64,000 nucleotides of DNA. It comes from Ramazzottius varieornatus (Eukaryota > Animalia > Tardigrada). The notes beneath the pieces were generated by a model. It was given only the letters and a program-made list of their open reading frames with translations. It did not search any database and was not told the origin of the DNA. Within the stretch, counting starts at the first letter, position 1, and each line of letters begins with the position of its first letter. Positions 1 to 13,545 of the stretch are shown piece by piece. The stretch covers positions 434,001 through 498,000 of the forward strand of contig BDGG01000013.1 in assembly GCA_001949185.1 (NCBI GenBank), read 5' to 3'. A program made the translations under genes and the position numbers.

Positions 1-2475
1 GACTGGCTGGACCACTCTAGCGTGTAATTACCCCGGCTGTGCATCTGTGACAAAAGTCAAGCAGCCTCACCAACAGAAGTAGCAATCATCAACACAAGAA
101 GACTCCACCGCCATCAACGTCGCGCTGGTTCGCCCAGGCTGCTGTAGCGTGGAGGGAAGCTAAATTGAAGGCAAAGTGTCACAACGGTGCTCACTGTACT
201 CGAAGGCGGTGTAGGAAAGCTGGAGCGGTTCCTTTGCCCACCGACTAACTTACCTGCTCGCTCTGTGTACCAATTAGATGTTTCTTGAGCTGTAATTATG
301 ATAGGCCACATGATGATTCGACTTTCCTATGTTATTACTGCCGAGCTGTTTCGGTAACACGGACGCTTTATAGAAGAGTGAAATGAACTCTGAAGGGTAG
401 CGTCTAGGGAAGACAGGTTAAAGTGGAGCTAGGCTCTGGATTTACAGCCAGCATTATACTGTACATAAAGATATGCTAGCGCGAAGTAGAATCGTAACTC
501 ATATCAGGACCGGTGAAAGCCTGTTAGGCGTTTAAATGTTCTACTTTATGCTTCGTTCGAGAGCCGAGGCTACCACAAGTACAGAATTGCTTTCATCCAG
601 AGTTTCAAGCGTCGGGTCCAGTGGGAGAAAATGGTGCGGCGAAAATTTCACACCTGCGATTGTTCGGATAGATACATGTATCCGAAAATGACTAAACTTT
701 ACCAATATAATGCGCTATTGATATTTCGCCTGGATGATTTGATCATCGTTATTACTCCTCGACGGCCAAAGGTGGAGTATTGGGTCAGCGTCGAGCATTG
801 CGATCCGAGCATACAAGCGGTGAGAGCCTTGTTGGAAAGACGAAGGTCAGTACTTGGCAAGGTTCTAGCTCGTTGTCTATCTCGACTGACGAGTTCCTGC
901 AATTAGCCATGTGACAGACTCTCATTACGACTTGTTGATTAGTTGGTGAGATGGAGGAAAGTCTTGTCGAAGCAGGCCAATGAGGTCGCCGTCGCGCTAC
1001 CGCCATCAATCACTCGGTTTTTTCAGGCAGTGAACGACATCCAACGTCTCGCACCTCGTCATTGTAGGTCTCATAAGCTTCGCAAACCTTTCAAAGTACC
1101 ATTTTAATTTTCAACGTCTTTATCTGGGCTTCTTTCAACAGATGGCAAGAAGCCAACACGTCGGACACGAGCTACGACTTCCCGCGACCTATCATTATGG
1201 CCGTATGATTGCCGTTATTTCTGTAAAATAAGAAGACGTTAGGCTGCGTTCGGTGGATTGTAAGAAACGGTGGGCGTGAAAAAGCTCCCTAATGCCGGTG
1301 TGAACGTTCTCAGAACTTGATGTCCATCACAAGCTTTTTGCCAGTTCCGTTCTGCCATGCACCTCCGAGGTCGCCAAGTTTGCGCGGCTGTCATTGGCAA
1401 TAATGAAACGCTATTTGTTTTAGACAACTTACCCACGACGGACCTGACACCGTGTGTCACGGTACTGCCCAACCCCACCGATCGCCAGATTTCAAACGAT
1501 GAATGTCTTAAGCAGAGGAACGAAGCAATCTCACAGTAGAATACTCAGGAACCTGGGTCCACGTCGACGGCAACTAGTCATGTAACCCGGCTGTAATAAC
1601 CTCATTGTCGCAAACACCGCCAGTGTATCTGAATCACTCGCAACAAAATAAAGAAATGATCGGTAACCAGAAGCTTACAATCACAGGGAACTCACAGTGC
1701 GGAAGAGTGATAAGGTTTGCTGTCGAGTCGATCCCTGGGCTTGACCGAACCTGTCAAGTGACCGGAAATTAATACCGACCATCAGACCTGTCAAATCTTA
1801 CACCGGAATTCCGGTTCATCGAAACCAGTGACCGTCATAAACGGGACGGGTTATATGTGGAGAGGCCAAACAACGACTTCTTGCACTAGAAGGTTTTATG
1901 TTTGGATGTTAGTGAAACCCTCGTCTGTTCTTCGAAGATATTCTTGTATTCTGGTACAGCGAACAGTGAAGTATTTCCCGAATTGCTGTTCTTTTGGATT
2001 ATGGGCGACCCACAGCGTCATTACTTTTGTTACTTCATGATCATGGGGCTCCTGTCACCGAGCAGTTTACTGGATAAGCCCCATTAGTGTCATCAGAAAA
2101 GCGTCTGTTATGGAAGGGGTAGTGTGCACAATGAGTAGCGGTTGACAAGTTGAGAGGTCGTGCACGCATGCACGCACGTCTCGATTCTGTGCTGTATGGC
2201 TGGAAAATGCCGTGCAAAATAAAAGGAAGCTAATCACTTTGTAACGAGCCTTTTATGACACTAATCCATTCTACACTACTCTCAATGTCAGCTCCTCAAT
2301 AGCCACTGATGTGGCGCCTGCCATCCATCTTCAGTTTTCGAAACGACTTGATCCAGCCAGAAACCCCGGTGTTGCTCTGTCAAAACCTTGGCTGCGAGCA
2401 ACCGTACAAAGACACCAAGTGCTGGAAAAGCCGTATGAAGTACGTAAGCACACAAACTCGGCACACTGGTTTTTT

Positions 2476-2672
2476 CAAATGGCGCACGCGTCCAGCCACC
2501 ACACTGGAAACGTCCGTCACTTGGGAAAACGGCCTCGTTAAGTTTTCCAAGTGGCGCACGCTTCCAGCTGAGGATACAGACAACCTGCACCACTTGGATA
2601 CGCAATCTCACCAGCGCTACCCCCAAGTGGCGCACGCTGTCGGTCAAAAACGCGGAAGATGTGCGCCATTTG
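2476..2672. repeat. CAAGTGGCGCAC-N25-GTGCGCCACTTG family array (3 units)
   Basis: Forward 12-mers at 2476, 2548, 2624; reverse 12-mers at 2512, 2585, 2661; inner spacers 24, 25, 25 nt. Confidence 0.85.
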
Positions 2673-3345
2673 AGGAAAAAATCGTTTCGGGTCTGATTGC
2701 CGAGCTTCCCTGTGTTGTAATGTTGACATCCCTCGAATTGTTTCTGCGAACCGTAAGTAATGTGTGGGAGTCACTGACGTTATCGTATGTATGAGTGATG
2801 ACGTGATTGAGGATGTAACAAACAAGATGGTTGGCCGTTGATAAGTTGATGGCTTGGAGCGACGCGCAGGGAGACACATGCAGTCTCTTCCCGATCGACA
2901 CGAGATGAAGGACTACTCATCACGTTCTAACATCCTCCATTAATCGCTCCTTGTCCATCAAACTTACATTTGTTCCCGACAGACCAACAACTCTTACTCA
3001 TCTCCTAATCCGAACAAGGATCTCTTCAATTGAAAATCAATACGGCTCACTCGAAAATAACACACGTTTTTCCTCTTAATACTGTATTTTACAGCAAACT
3101 GCGAGGTAAAAACTCGTGAAACGAGTGATGACGAAAAACACAAAACTATAAATACTATGAAAATCCAACCACGTCAACAAAATATTTCAGAAATGATTAA
3201 ACATCAGTCTAAAACAAATACACATAGAACTCTGTTGTCAAAACTGGGAAGCCATTTCAAAAGGACCAAAGACTTTCATTATTGCGAAAAACCATCATAT
3301 TAGTGAAAAAATGCTTTTCAATTACTTGAAAAATACGAAGGTATT

Positions 3346-6002
3346 TCAAAATGGCGGTCGGTAATACGAGTAAGGTGAAGGCGAGAAGAAGCCGGAAGTT
3401 GGAGAAGCGGTGGGCCATAATGAAGGGTAGGCCGTGGCGGCGCCACTAGCGGCCATCGACATGTTGGACAGCGGGCTCTTGAAGAGCGGGTTGTACCTGG
3501 ATGCAGCTGCGCTGGCTGCCAGCGAGGGGAAGCGACTGAGGTAGGAGGCGTAGTTGGCGTAGGCACTGTGGAGGAGACCGGCGTCCAGCGATGAAAGACC
3601 GTTGGCGGAAGCTGAGCTGGGCATACCGTTGCCGTTGACTGTCAGGTTGGTGTGGGTGCGAAGGTGGGCGAAGAGCTCTTCCGAACTGGTGAAACGCTTG
3701 CCGCAGTAGTTCTCGCCGGGACTGATCCAGTTGCAGACCAATGACTTGCCACCGGGTCCTGAAGGGGTGAGGCTACCCAGAGCTCCAAGAGAAGAGAACG
3801 GACCTATAAGGACAGAATAACGGTTACGTAGAAACTGGACAGAATCGTGTAAAACTGTCCAAATGAATTCCGCCAATATTTCCGAAACCAGAACACAAAA
3901 AATTCCAACAAATCAAACTGTTGTCCCGAGCGGGTTTAGTTATTTTAACTGAACCCTCGAAGTTTTAGGTTGCAGAAGCCTTGCACGGATCACCTGGTGG
4001 TTTATCTGTAGAATGGTTTTGAGTGTCCTTTGCAGCATGGAAGTCTCGCACATTTTGGCGTAGATTTAACGGACAGATGTTTGCAAACCGATAGATTTAG
4101 AGCATTTCTTATCATTCTCAGCAGCTCGAAGCTGTAACGTCAGCTTACGGTCGGCGCTATAAAATTTATTTACGGCTTGAAGGGAAGCCATTTTAACTCA
4201 CTGTCTCTCTATTCGGCAGCCCTGTTAAAGATTTACGAGAATATCAATCACGGAAGTATCTCGATAGTTGCTTTTCAAAGTGTCTTGGCTGCAACGAACG
4301 TGCTAATCAGCACGTTCCTTCACGTATGATTTTCCCCGGCATACCATGAGCTTTTATAATGAGTACGTTTTTTAGCGGGACTCTGTTTTCGTTTACGGGG
4401 ACCATAAACATTAGCTAGCATGATTTACGTGGTGGGGACCTGTCAAAGCTGCCAGGAACAGCCTCATCAGAATTTCACAACAGCTTGTATATGACCATCA
4501 TCAATCTTTTATATATACCCTATAGTTTCAGATGCCCTGACTTGCCTGCCCTGCCTCGACGGTCTTACTATCTTATCCGTCTTCCCCCATAAACAGCCAC
4601 GACCTGCCTGCGCGCTACAAAGTATGCCTGCCAGAAAAGAGGCACTAATGTTAATTGATGGCCACCATTACCTATACTGCACAAGTTTATCACTTTATCA
4701 TGTCGGCTTCTTGCCGCCGCTGGCTCGCCAGCGATGCTTGCTGGAGGACCCATTACAGCCTCATACCGAACAAACGTTCACCTATTCTAATTTTTCAGAA
4801 CAGTATAAGGTCGTCCTATAAATTTCGGAGCTGCCTAAGGTCGGTGGACTAAAATTCGAGATGGGTAAAAACAGCTTTTAGAAGGTCGGTCTTTCTCTTA
4901 ATGTTTCCATGTCACATTGTAAAGCTGCACCATTTAGTCAAGCTTTGTGAAAGTGTTGTTGAAGGTGTCAAGTGATTAATTCGGGAGGACTTACTCAAAG
5001 CGCTATAATCCATCGGTGTCATGGGAGGATTAGTGGCGCAGTGTAGGGACTGGCTAGCTGAGCATCCGTAGCAAAAGGGATCGCGGCAATATCCCGGCAT
5101 CATGTGCGGCATCCCGGCTCCGCCACCGTTCTTCATCCTGGCCACAAAGTTGAGCGGGTCAGACAATGGCGAGGCTCCGTGTACAGTGGGAAAGGAGACT
5201 GGTAAAGGTAGTCCGTGAGGTGAACGCGGTGTGGGCTTGGGTGGAGTCTTGCTGCCCAGTCGAGGACTCTGCGAAGTCTTGGGCGATTTCCTGGCTTCGG
5301 ACTCGGATTTCTCCTTCGAGGCATCTTTGTCAGCTTTTTCCGATTTTTCCTTGGGGTCTTTTTCTGGGGAGTCGCGTTTGTGAGAGGCGTCAGTTGAGGG
5401 GCTAGACTTAGTGGAAGACTTGTTCTCGGTAGTGGGTGTGTCGGGGTTGGGTTTGGGTCGCTTATTTTCGGAGCCAGCGGTGGATAGTGGTGCAGACCGT
5501 TTGGATGTGGGAGGAAGCTCGACGTTCTTGATGGTTTTCTGGAGGTCTGGAGCCCCGATACTGTTGCAGGTAGCAGCCAGCATCGCCAAGGGACTCTTTT
5601 GCGCATCCATCTGTAACATCAAATTGAATCAAAACAAGGCGAAAGAAATAAAGAGATATTTGCCTTCACGTCGGCCATAGAAAAGAATGGTGTAGAAAAA
5701 GGCCAGAAACGATGGTAGGAATCGTTGTTTGAATAGACAATACCATGGCACGATTTGATTACAATGCGAAAACTGCCGAGATCTTCGTATATGTATAATA
5801 GAGAAGTTTTTGGACTGATGGTTGAAAACAACTAGAGGTATCCGAATTAGGAGGGGTTATCTTGGATGACGTTGCATCAGGAATACTTTTGGAGTTCTCG
5901 ACAGTATGAGTCGCTTACCGTAGAGGAGCCGCCGAAATCTGGGCGGATATACTGGGAAGAGGACGAAGTGGAAGAGGAGGTGCTGGTGGTGTGTCCCAAC
6001 AT
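3346..6002 (-). CDS. noc: NET-family (NocA/Elbow/ZNF503/ZNF703/TLP-1) C2H2 zinc-finger transcriptional regulator; 3 coding exons: 6002-5919, 5610-4995, 3803-3346
   Basis: Exon 1 MLGHTTSTSSSTSSSSQYIRPDFGGSST (QY[LI]RP motif). Exon 2 has the Sp motif MDAQKSPLAMLAATCNSIG and the buttonhead box YCRDPFCYGC. Exon 3 has a single finger VCNWISPGENYCGKRFTSSEELFAHLRTHT and an Ala/Tyr/Pro-rich tail. GT-AG junctions are phase-compatible (0, 1). noc versus elbow paralog cannot be distinguished. Confidence 0.92.
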
Positions 6003-9000
6003 GGCTGATTACAGGCACGATACAGGGATAATGAGCAGGATAATCCCTGATTAAAGCGCCCCGGTGGTAATCAGTCCGCAAACAAGACGATATCCCCTGT
6101 CAGGCTATAATCATCCAGATCACACTGCCAGACAAGGCGGTCAACTTCAGGTCACTCCTTTATCATCCGTTCCACACGAGCTCTTTATTAAAGCAGAAAA
6201 ATAAAAAAGGAAACGGTGCGAGTACTGTCGGAAGAAAAATTAGTATTTTGCTGGAAGCACAAATTGTGGCAAGTTCAGAAGCGCGCTAATCCTGACAAGC
6301 ATGGTGTAATGGTGATATGGCGGATAAGAGCGTCAAGTATAATAGAAGAAGCTGAAGACGGCTGGAAAACATGGCGTTGAGGTCTTTGAGTGAATGAGTG
6401 GCTGCATATCGGTGCTTACATGACATGCGGGCTACACGAGCAGCGTAGTGATATGAAACAGAACACACCATGAGAGAGTGTGGCACATGTGGTACGCATC
6501 AATCAAGGGCGGCCAAAAGAGGGCCAATGGTACGGCGGTGGAGGCGGGAGACCTGTCACGACTAGTGTACACGTACGCGCCGGTATAAAGATAGCACTGG
6601 TCCCGGCGGCTGTCACAGCCGTCAGTCAAAATTGATGGGGGGTGATAAATGCCAACAATTGCCATTATGAGACGAGGAAGAGGCAGAGGGCAAGAGCAAG
6701 AACGAGAATGCCGGCTATAATCTCTGATCAAAGCTTATCCACCGCATCCATGTTCGTTATGGACTGGAAATACAGGGAGAAAGTCACGCAGGATCCAGAA
6801 TATAGAAATATGCGGATATTCATCACGCGATCTGCCTCGCTAACTTCCAATAGAGTACATACACTAAAACATGTGCATGGATGCATATGAGCCTTTATGT
6901 CGATGGTCCCCTGGTCAACGTAAATAGCCCTAATGCTGACAGCTCAAGTCCTACATTTCAAGCGTAAGTGATGGCCCTTTCCTCCTCTACACATGCGACG
7001 ATAAACAATTTATTACAAACCTTGTCAATCAATCTCGATATGTTTATGGCTTTCTCACGAAAGCGCTTCTTGATTGATCACTTCGTGGCAGTGGGTGTGG
7101 GTCTGCTCGACATGGACTAGCTTATAGGCGAGACAACAAGGAATTACCAAAGTGTTGTAGCAGAGGTGGACGGGATGCTGACTTGGAAGCGTCGTCAGAT
7201 ATTTTGTGCCAATCAAGAGGGAAAATGGAGGTAAATTGTTCTGTTGTTTATTGCTCGCTGTGAAGGTTTTATGGGAAGCACGTATTGGATTACGGTATCT
7301 CAACGAGGGTTATCGACAAGCCTAGCAGGAGATGAGTGGTGGAAGCGACGGGCTGGGGATATCGGATGATGGGCAGCCAAGAGATGCTAGACTGAGTTGT
7401 CAATGTTGAATATTAACGCTGTGCTTGACTGCAAAGTCATTCATCATGTCAATCATTAAAAGATTTATGTCAAAGCAAAATGCCGTAATATTTAGAATGA
7501 CATACAAGAGCGGCATATGCGTAGGGCAGATACATGCAAGAACTGCCTGCATCGCTCAGCTCAGGCCGACATGTACAGCCACTCTTTCACTCACTCACAT
7601 CCCTGACTGATGTGACAATTCACCCCGCTCTTTCGCATCCTTCTCACTCCACCATAATTAAACCCTCAACAACTCACTGCATTTATCAATATGGAATTTC
7701 CAAATATAAATTTCTGAGGCATATGCGTTTCAACCTTCAGGCTACCGCGCCCTAATCAGACGGACAACCTGCGAGTAGGGAGTATGTCTTGCCGCCAGTG
7801 TGCTTTCGTCCTCAGTTCCAGACCGGATGATCTGAAGAACTGAAATTGGTGTGCTTTAAAAGGCCAGGACAAAGTTGAGGACTTTTGAAATGTCACGCAC
7901 AAGAACGGTCTCCCCCTTGGTTCGTAGTTCTGGCCCAAGCAGAGAGGGCACCGATTCGATCAAATGATTGAATTTTGTTTTAGCAACGCAAATCTGTAGT
8001 TTCTAGGTCCCGGCTTTCCTGGGGAAGCTCTGAATTTTCCTCAGAAGCTCAGAAATCGAAAGGGTGATGCTAAGGCACTGTGTAGACCGAGAACTGATGC
8101 GGTAATGAGGTTCGCCAGGCATATCAAGCCATAGAGATGGTGGCAGAGAAGAGCGATGGCAGTTGTGATGGTCATAAGGAGACGATCCATCACGGCACTT
8201 GGCTGATTTTATGTTGGGCATTCATATTCATATTGAAAGATTAATCATGTCAAGACATGGGCTTGCACAGATGACAGGCACATCATTAAGCGCAGCAGCC
8301 ATCGAGACAGATGATGCCACGACGACAGGCCATCGCCGTTAACATTGTCAAAAATATGCATAGAGAGCCTTTACCCATACAGCTTCCACTGCCTCTGACA
8401 AAAAAACATCCGTCATCTCCGCCTCGTCTTTGCACACCACGTGACACCGTCTTAATCGAGTGGTGTGCATGAGTTGCCTAGAGAGGTCCCTGTCCAACTT
8501 CCGTGTTCAAGTACCTCATCAATCATGTTGGGACTCTCTCCTTCAAATGTGTATCTTCTCATTATCTCCTTGCTATCATTGCTTCAGCACTTTTTTCAAC
8601 ACGGCCTAAATTATCATTTGCGCTGACGACTGTCAGACTAAAGGCTGACATTTATTTCAACAGGAGTGCCAGCTTCCTTCTTCAAAAATACATTACACAT
8701 TCACTCCATCATTCTTCAGCAGCCTGAGCATTCACTTTAATACATAGTGAGTGAGCATTCACGCGCCACCACATTGAGGCCTCGTCAGGATTTTCCCAAC
8801 AGGAACAAGAAAAATATTTTGAAATGAGCAACATAGTCAACACTATGTAAGTCTGTGCGAATGATTTTTGAAAAGCTTGTGAACGGCAACATTTTAAATG
8901 TTTACTTTGATGCTCAACGTTCGCCCCGAGAAGAAAGAAGTTGTCCCAGCTTTTACGACTCTTTCTTTTAGCATTGACAGGAAGAAGACGCCATAAACAG

Positions 9001-12000
9001 AGAGCGATAACAGTGGAAATGACCGTGATTTATATAGCACTAGCACAGTTGTTAAGACCTATATCGGGCAGTCGTAAACTTAAGTGCTGCTCCAGCAGTT
9101 TTTGGACAAGTGTAAGCTGGTCGGCCTTGTGTGAGCCACTGACTTCCGGTCGTCAAACTTATTTAGCAACCCATTTCAGGGGCTTGAGGTGTGATTGCGC
9201 TTTATGTCCTCCACGTTGCCTGATACTGTAAATCCATAAAGCGCAATCTTCCATAACAGACTCATAACTGCATCTTATTTTGCCTCCTTAGGTACTGCAC
9301 ACGCTTGAAATCATCCATGCTTTCAGCCAAAGGTTCGCCGCTTTGCCAGGTTTTCCTCGGCGCATTTTCATAAATTTCAGAAGTTCTTAAACCTCCTGCA
9401 CGTGATAGGAAGAAATTAGAAAGCTCAGTCCCCATAACGAACGTTTCTGTTGGGTTCCCAAGTCTTCTGGCCAAGGCAGAGAAAGCGCAAGGTAGAGAAA
9501 GCACGTTGTTTCCTTTGGTGTTGCGAGCGGAACTCCTTAGAGACCATGTTTGGCGGTAGGTTGCCATTGAGAAGGTTAAACTTTCAAAGACCGCAGCGAT
9601 ATGTTTACATGGAGGTATTCATATCGCTATGAACGGTATGCAACTGTGCCTGGCCAATATGCGGACACCAGCTGCGACTGTAAATTACCTCTGTTGTCCG
9701 ATCTGGCGTCAACAAGCGATAAGGGCAGCCCGGGACTGCCCGGTTGGTCTCGGACTGTCACGGAAGCTACAGACAGAAGAGATGGATGGCCATTATTTAT
9801 TATGTGATAGATGAAAAAGATAATATCGCATTAGTGCCTTACTTAATCAACCTGTCGTTCTCTCTATAGACCTCAGGACTGAATAATATGTCCCTCTGAC
9901 CTGCCCTACCTCTTTATGAAAGGTAGGTATGATCGGCTGGCACTATTGTCTCAATATATCAAGCTGGCAGGTCGATTGCACTCGAACGCGTCGTTAGTCT
10001 CTTCATAAATTCAAAAATATGCTCCTGCTGTTTGATATTGCTTTGTGCGACAAAGACAGTGGACATGATTAATGACGCTGTTTATCGAAACATATTTTAT
10101 CCGACTAGTGCCTTCCAACATTTTTCCATTGCGTATTCATTGAGTGTTCGCCGAGAGAGCTTCCTACCGACACACAGTATATCTTGTCGCAAAGCTGTCT
10201 AATGTGAAATTCCATTGAGATAACAAATGATGGCGGCTGTAATAAATTTACAGCTTGACTTCTTTCTCTGCGCATTCTGGCCATCTTCGGAAATTGATAG
10301 CGTCTGTCTATCGCATGCTTCTGCTCTCGAGGGACATATATCGCTTCTGAGCGGAGATATTTAATGACCATTTCAATGAGCCAACGAACGCCAAGCGCAA
10401 TTAGCTTGACTTTATGCTCGGCGTAAAACCTGTAACAACATGGCTGCAAGCGGCCAAAGGCGGATAACGCCGCCGATACATCTTTCAAATGGTCCATATA
10501 TCAAGTCAAACGTCGACAATTTACGTACTTCTAATTACCCTCCTATAGATAAAATAAGATAGTCTCGAGTATCAGTGCCAAGTGCTTTTCAAGACCCTCG
10601 TTTCGAGTCTAGCTGGTTTTGATCGAAACATCGGCCTTTCTGGTACAAGTCCTGCCGTGGAGCTCATTATTTCTTTGTGGATGTTTAATTAATTTTTCTC
10701 CTGGTACAAAAAGCCGGAGTTCAGAGGAAACTGCTGTACTTCTTTCTCAACTTTTCCTCCCAGAGCAAACGCCCTGCTGAGACCAGGGGTAGAAGCAAAT
10801 CACAGTGTATGCTGTATCAAGGCGATTGACGGCACTAGTGTTTGTGGGCGATAATAACATGTTGAGATGATAAGGAGTAATGTTGAAGAACGTGTGATGC
10901 GAGAGAGCTGGGCCAAAACGAGCGGTGACAAGGTACGGTGTCATTGTCAAAGCTGTCAGTAATGACAATGATCGATGACGGACGTCTCTTTTGATCTTCT
11001 GCCGACACCCCCGCACCACCACCACAATCACCATGTCTGTGCATATCTCCTCGCAAAGATATCCCGAATAAACTGAATTAGAAACGACAAGGCGAAACTA
11101 CAGTCAACTTCGATAAAAAATGTTATGATGCGCGATATGCTACCAGAGCGTTATCTGGTGACGTTACCCCATAAGCAACTTCTCAACTTCGCCATGGAAG
11201 GATGGACGGGAAGTAATGGAAGGGTACGGAAGCCGTTGGCCATTTATGACATTGCACATGACCAACCACTTTGTAATATCAGGGTGGTTGTATCTGTCAA
11301 GAGAAGCGAAATGAAATGTGAAAATGGCCTTTATAGCTATACTGTAAAGAGTAAGCTGAAGGTCTGCAGATCACGGAGGGATAATTTGATGGACAGCTAT
11401 GTGAAAATAAGCTTTGGTTGGATTCATCCTTCTAATTATACGTGGCTGGGTACTCCGCCCTCCCGTCATAGCTCGCACGCCACCTAGGTCTCCACATGTC
11501 GCCTGTCTAAACTTTCTCCCTATGGTTTGCAACGAACACCGCCAATTAACCTTCAGGTCGTAATGTGCAGCTGTATCAAAGCAGACATGTTGACATGAAA
11601 GTCTCCTGGCGAACACCTATAAATTATCTGGAGCGTATTTTTAACTGCCAAGTGACACTTGGGTCGTTTCCTTCTGTTCATCTCAACACGGACTGTCCGC
11701 CCTTTTCGTCTTGACGGAGATTTCCAACAGACAACAGCCTGAATTCCAGGGCTCTTTCCGAGATATTGACCATTCGCTGTTTGGCATCATTAATGGTTAT
11801 AAACTGCAGCGTTATCTCATCGCATTCGGACCTCAGACGTTCACGCGTGTTTGATCAGAAATCAAGTTCGTCGTAAAGCGAAATTTCAAGAAGCTGAAAG
11901 ATGTAACATTTCATGAAGTACGTTTCCACCAGTTTGGTCTCGAATATTGGAACGCGGAATCATTTTTACCGGATTGATCTAGGTTGATATTTGATTGTTT

Positions 12001-12533
12001 GTTCAATATCCACATTACACTTGAAAGCATGAAGCATGAGTGTCGGATGGCAGCTTTTGAGGCTTTCTTAGCATAGCTGGCCACGTGGACAAAGGCGCAC
12101 TGTATAAAATTGTCATTGACATACAAAACACGGCGTGATGGATGGTCTGTGCCACAGAGGGCTCAATACTGAACGATATGATTTATGTGCTGTATTGACT
12201 GCCGCTACTTGCCCTCTATCCGCGCTGGCGGAAAGGAAGACAGACAGGAAGGAAGTTGGGCCAAGATGTCGAGCCAGTTCGCGCCTGCTCATTTCGGTCC
12301 TCCTCTAATTGTCCCCGAATGTGGATCATCACATTGTCGCAGGAGGTGCCGGCATGCTAACGACGCCTGCTTGCAATCGACCATGCCAGACAGTAAAAGC
12401 AAGATGGATGAGCCCTTGAAATGCGCTGCTGCATATCCAACGAGGAAATACTGTTTGCCGCATTCTTCGAACTACTGCGCTATGCTTCCTTCAAGTTACT
12501 GAGTTCAGTAGTAACTTGAAGAAAACATGAACT

Positions 12534-12616
12534 TCTGCCGTGGTGATTTGAATTTTATCCTGGTACTGTTTTTATGCTTCGCAGCACCAGAAGAAACTTC
12601 GAATCACCACGGCAGA
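12534..12616. repeat. ~35-bp imperfect hairpin (fold-back), preceded by a small 12-bp-stem hairpin at 12489-12521
   Basis: TCTGCCGTGGTGATTTGAA...TTCGAATCACCACGGCAGA pairs over ~35 bp with 4 mismatches and one G:U. Confidence 0.7.
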
Positions 12617-12641
12617 TCACGTAGAAAAGATCGCCGGTAGT

Positions 12642-13170
12642 CGGGTATTGGCGGCCCAATTTGGGGACAAAGCTTTTTGTCACCAAATGAACCTTTTCTG
12701 ACATGGATTTCTTAGGAATATTTAGGAGCATCGGATGCTAAGTTCGCTACGCTTCGCCACGGCTTAAAGCTCAAAAAACTGTTCGCCTATTCAGGAAGAT
12801 ATTCTCGAAAGTCACAGGGGTGAATACCAGCCGATACACCTCCCATTAAGGTTTGATGTCGAAATGGATGCATGTGCATTCTCACGCTGCATGATGTCAT
12901 TCCAACGCAAATTTTGCGAATTTCGCAAAACATTTTGCAGTCACAAATTGAAACCCGTTGAGATAGTCCTATCCCTCCAAGCAGACCTCGGATTACTTTT
13001 CCTCGATTTTTGATATATCGGAATGCGTTGTCACCTTAACTTTACCAAACTTTACCACTGTCCCTGCGGGGACAGTGGACTTTTACCCTTAGGGTGCCAA
13101 AATTTCAAACTTTATTCTTGTACAATTTGGTCGGCAAATAATTGTCCCCAAATTGGGTCGCCGAGGCCCG
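12642..13170. mobile_element. MITE, ~530 bp, ~29-bp imperfect TIRs
   Basis: CGGGTATTGGCGGCCCAATTTGGGGACAA (12642) and TTGTCCCCAAATTGGGTCGCCGAGGCCCG (13142-13170); no ORF; internal palindrome CCACTGTCCC..GGGACAGTGG at ~13055. Confidence 0.7.
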
Positions 13171-13424
13171 TGTTATTATCTCAATTCGAAACGAGTCGAT
13201 AAACTTTAAAAAAGGCAATGAAACAGACTACGAAAATCCAATAGTCACTGTTGAAATCTGCGTTTGGTTGTCTCTCGGGACGGCTGAAGTTCAGACTTGT
13301 TTCTTGATTTGGATTGCAGAAGGCCAGAGAACCCTCTGCATCATAATTCGAACTTGGTAAGCTTGGGAAAGAGAGGTCCATTTCCGTGATGTCGGCTGTC
13401 AGACAAAAAAGGAGACCGGCTCCT

Positions 13425-13545
13425 ATGTCAGATTGGCAAAAGGCAACGATGCTTAGCGCCATCAACGTGTCAAGGAAAGAATGGGAAGTTGTGTCCCTGT
13501 GACAAGTGAATGCATGTTTCCTTCGAGATGGATATTGCATTGAGA
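13425..13545 (+). pseudogene. Possible remnant of a pogo/Tigger transposase C-terminal region
   Basis: Reads KATMLSAINVSRKEWEVVSL*QVNACFLRDGY, the A..W..V....I.NCF pattern downstream of DDE_1 domains; compare LTVFDAVDWAMEAWKSVKPSAIFNCFHKC at ~22200-22300. Contains an in-frame stop. Confidence 0.4.

Noticed and set aside
100-2100. Several short ORFs at the window start
   Set aside because: No recognisable motifs or consistent exon structure.
2476-2672. CRISPR array interpretation of the repeat-spacer arrays
   Set aside because: Repeats alternate in orientation, are only 12 bp, occur as 1-3 units in eukaryotic introns, spacers retain faint mutual similarity, and no cas genes are present.
2309-2794. 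161-aa ORF and similar KWRT/VRHL-containing ORFs (61084, 62081, 63565)
   Set aside because: Translations of the CAAGTGGCGCAC repeat family, not genes.
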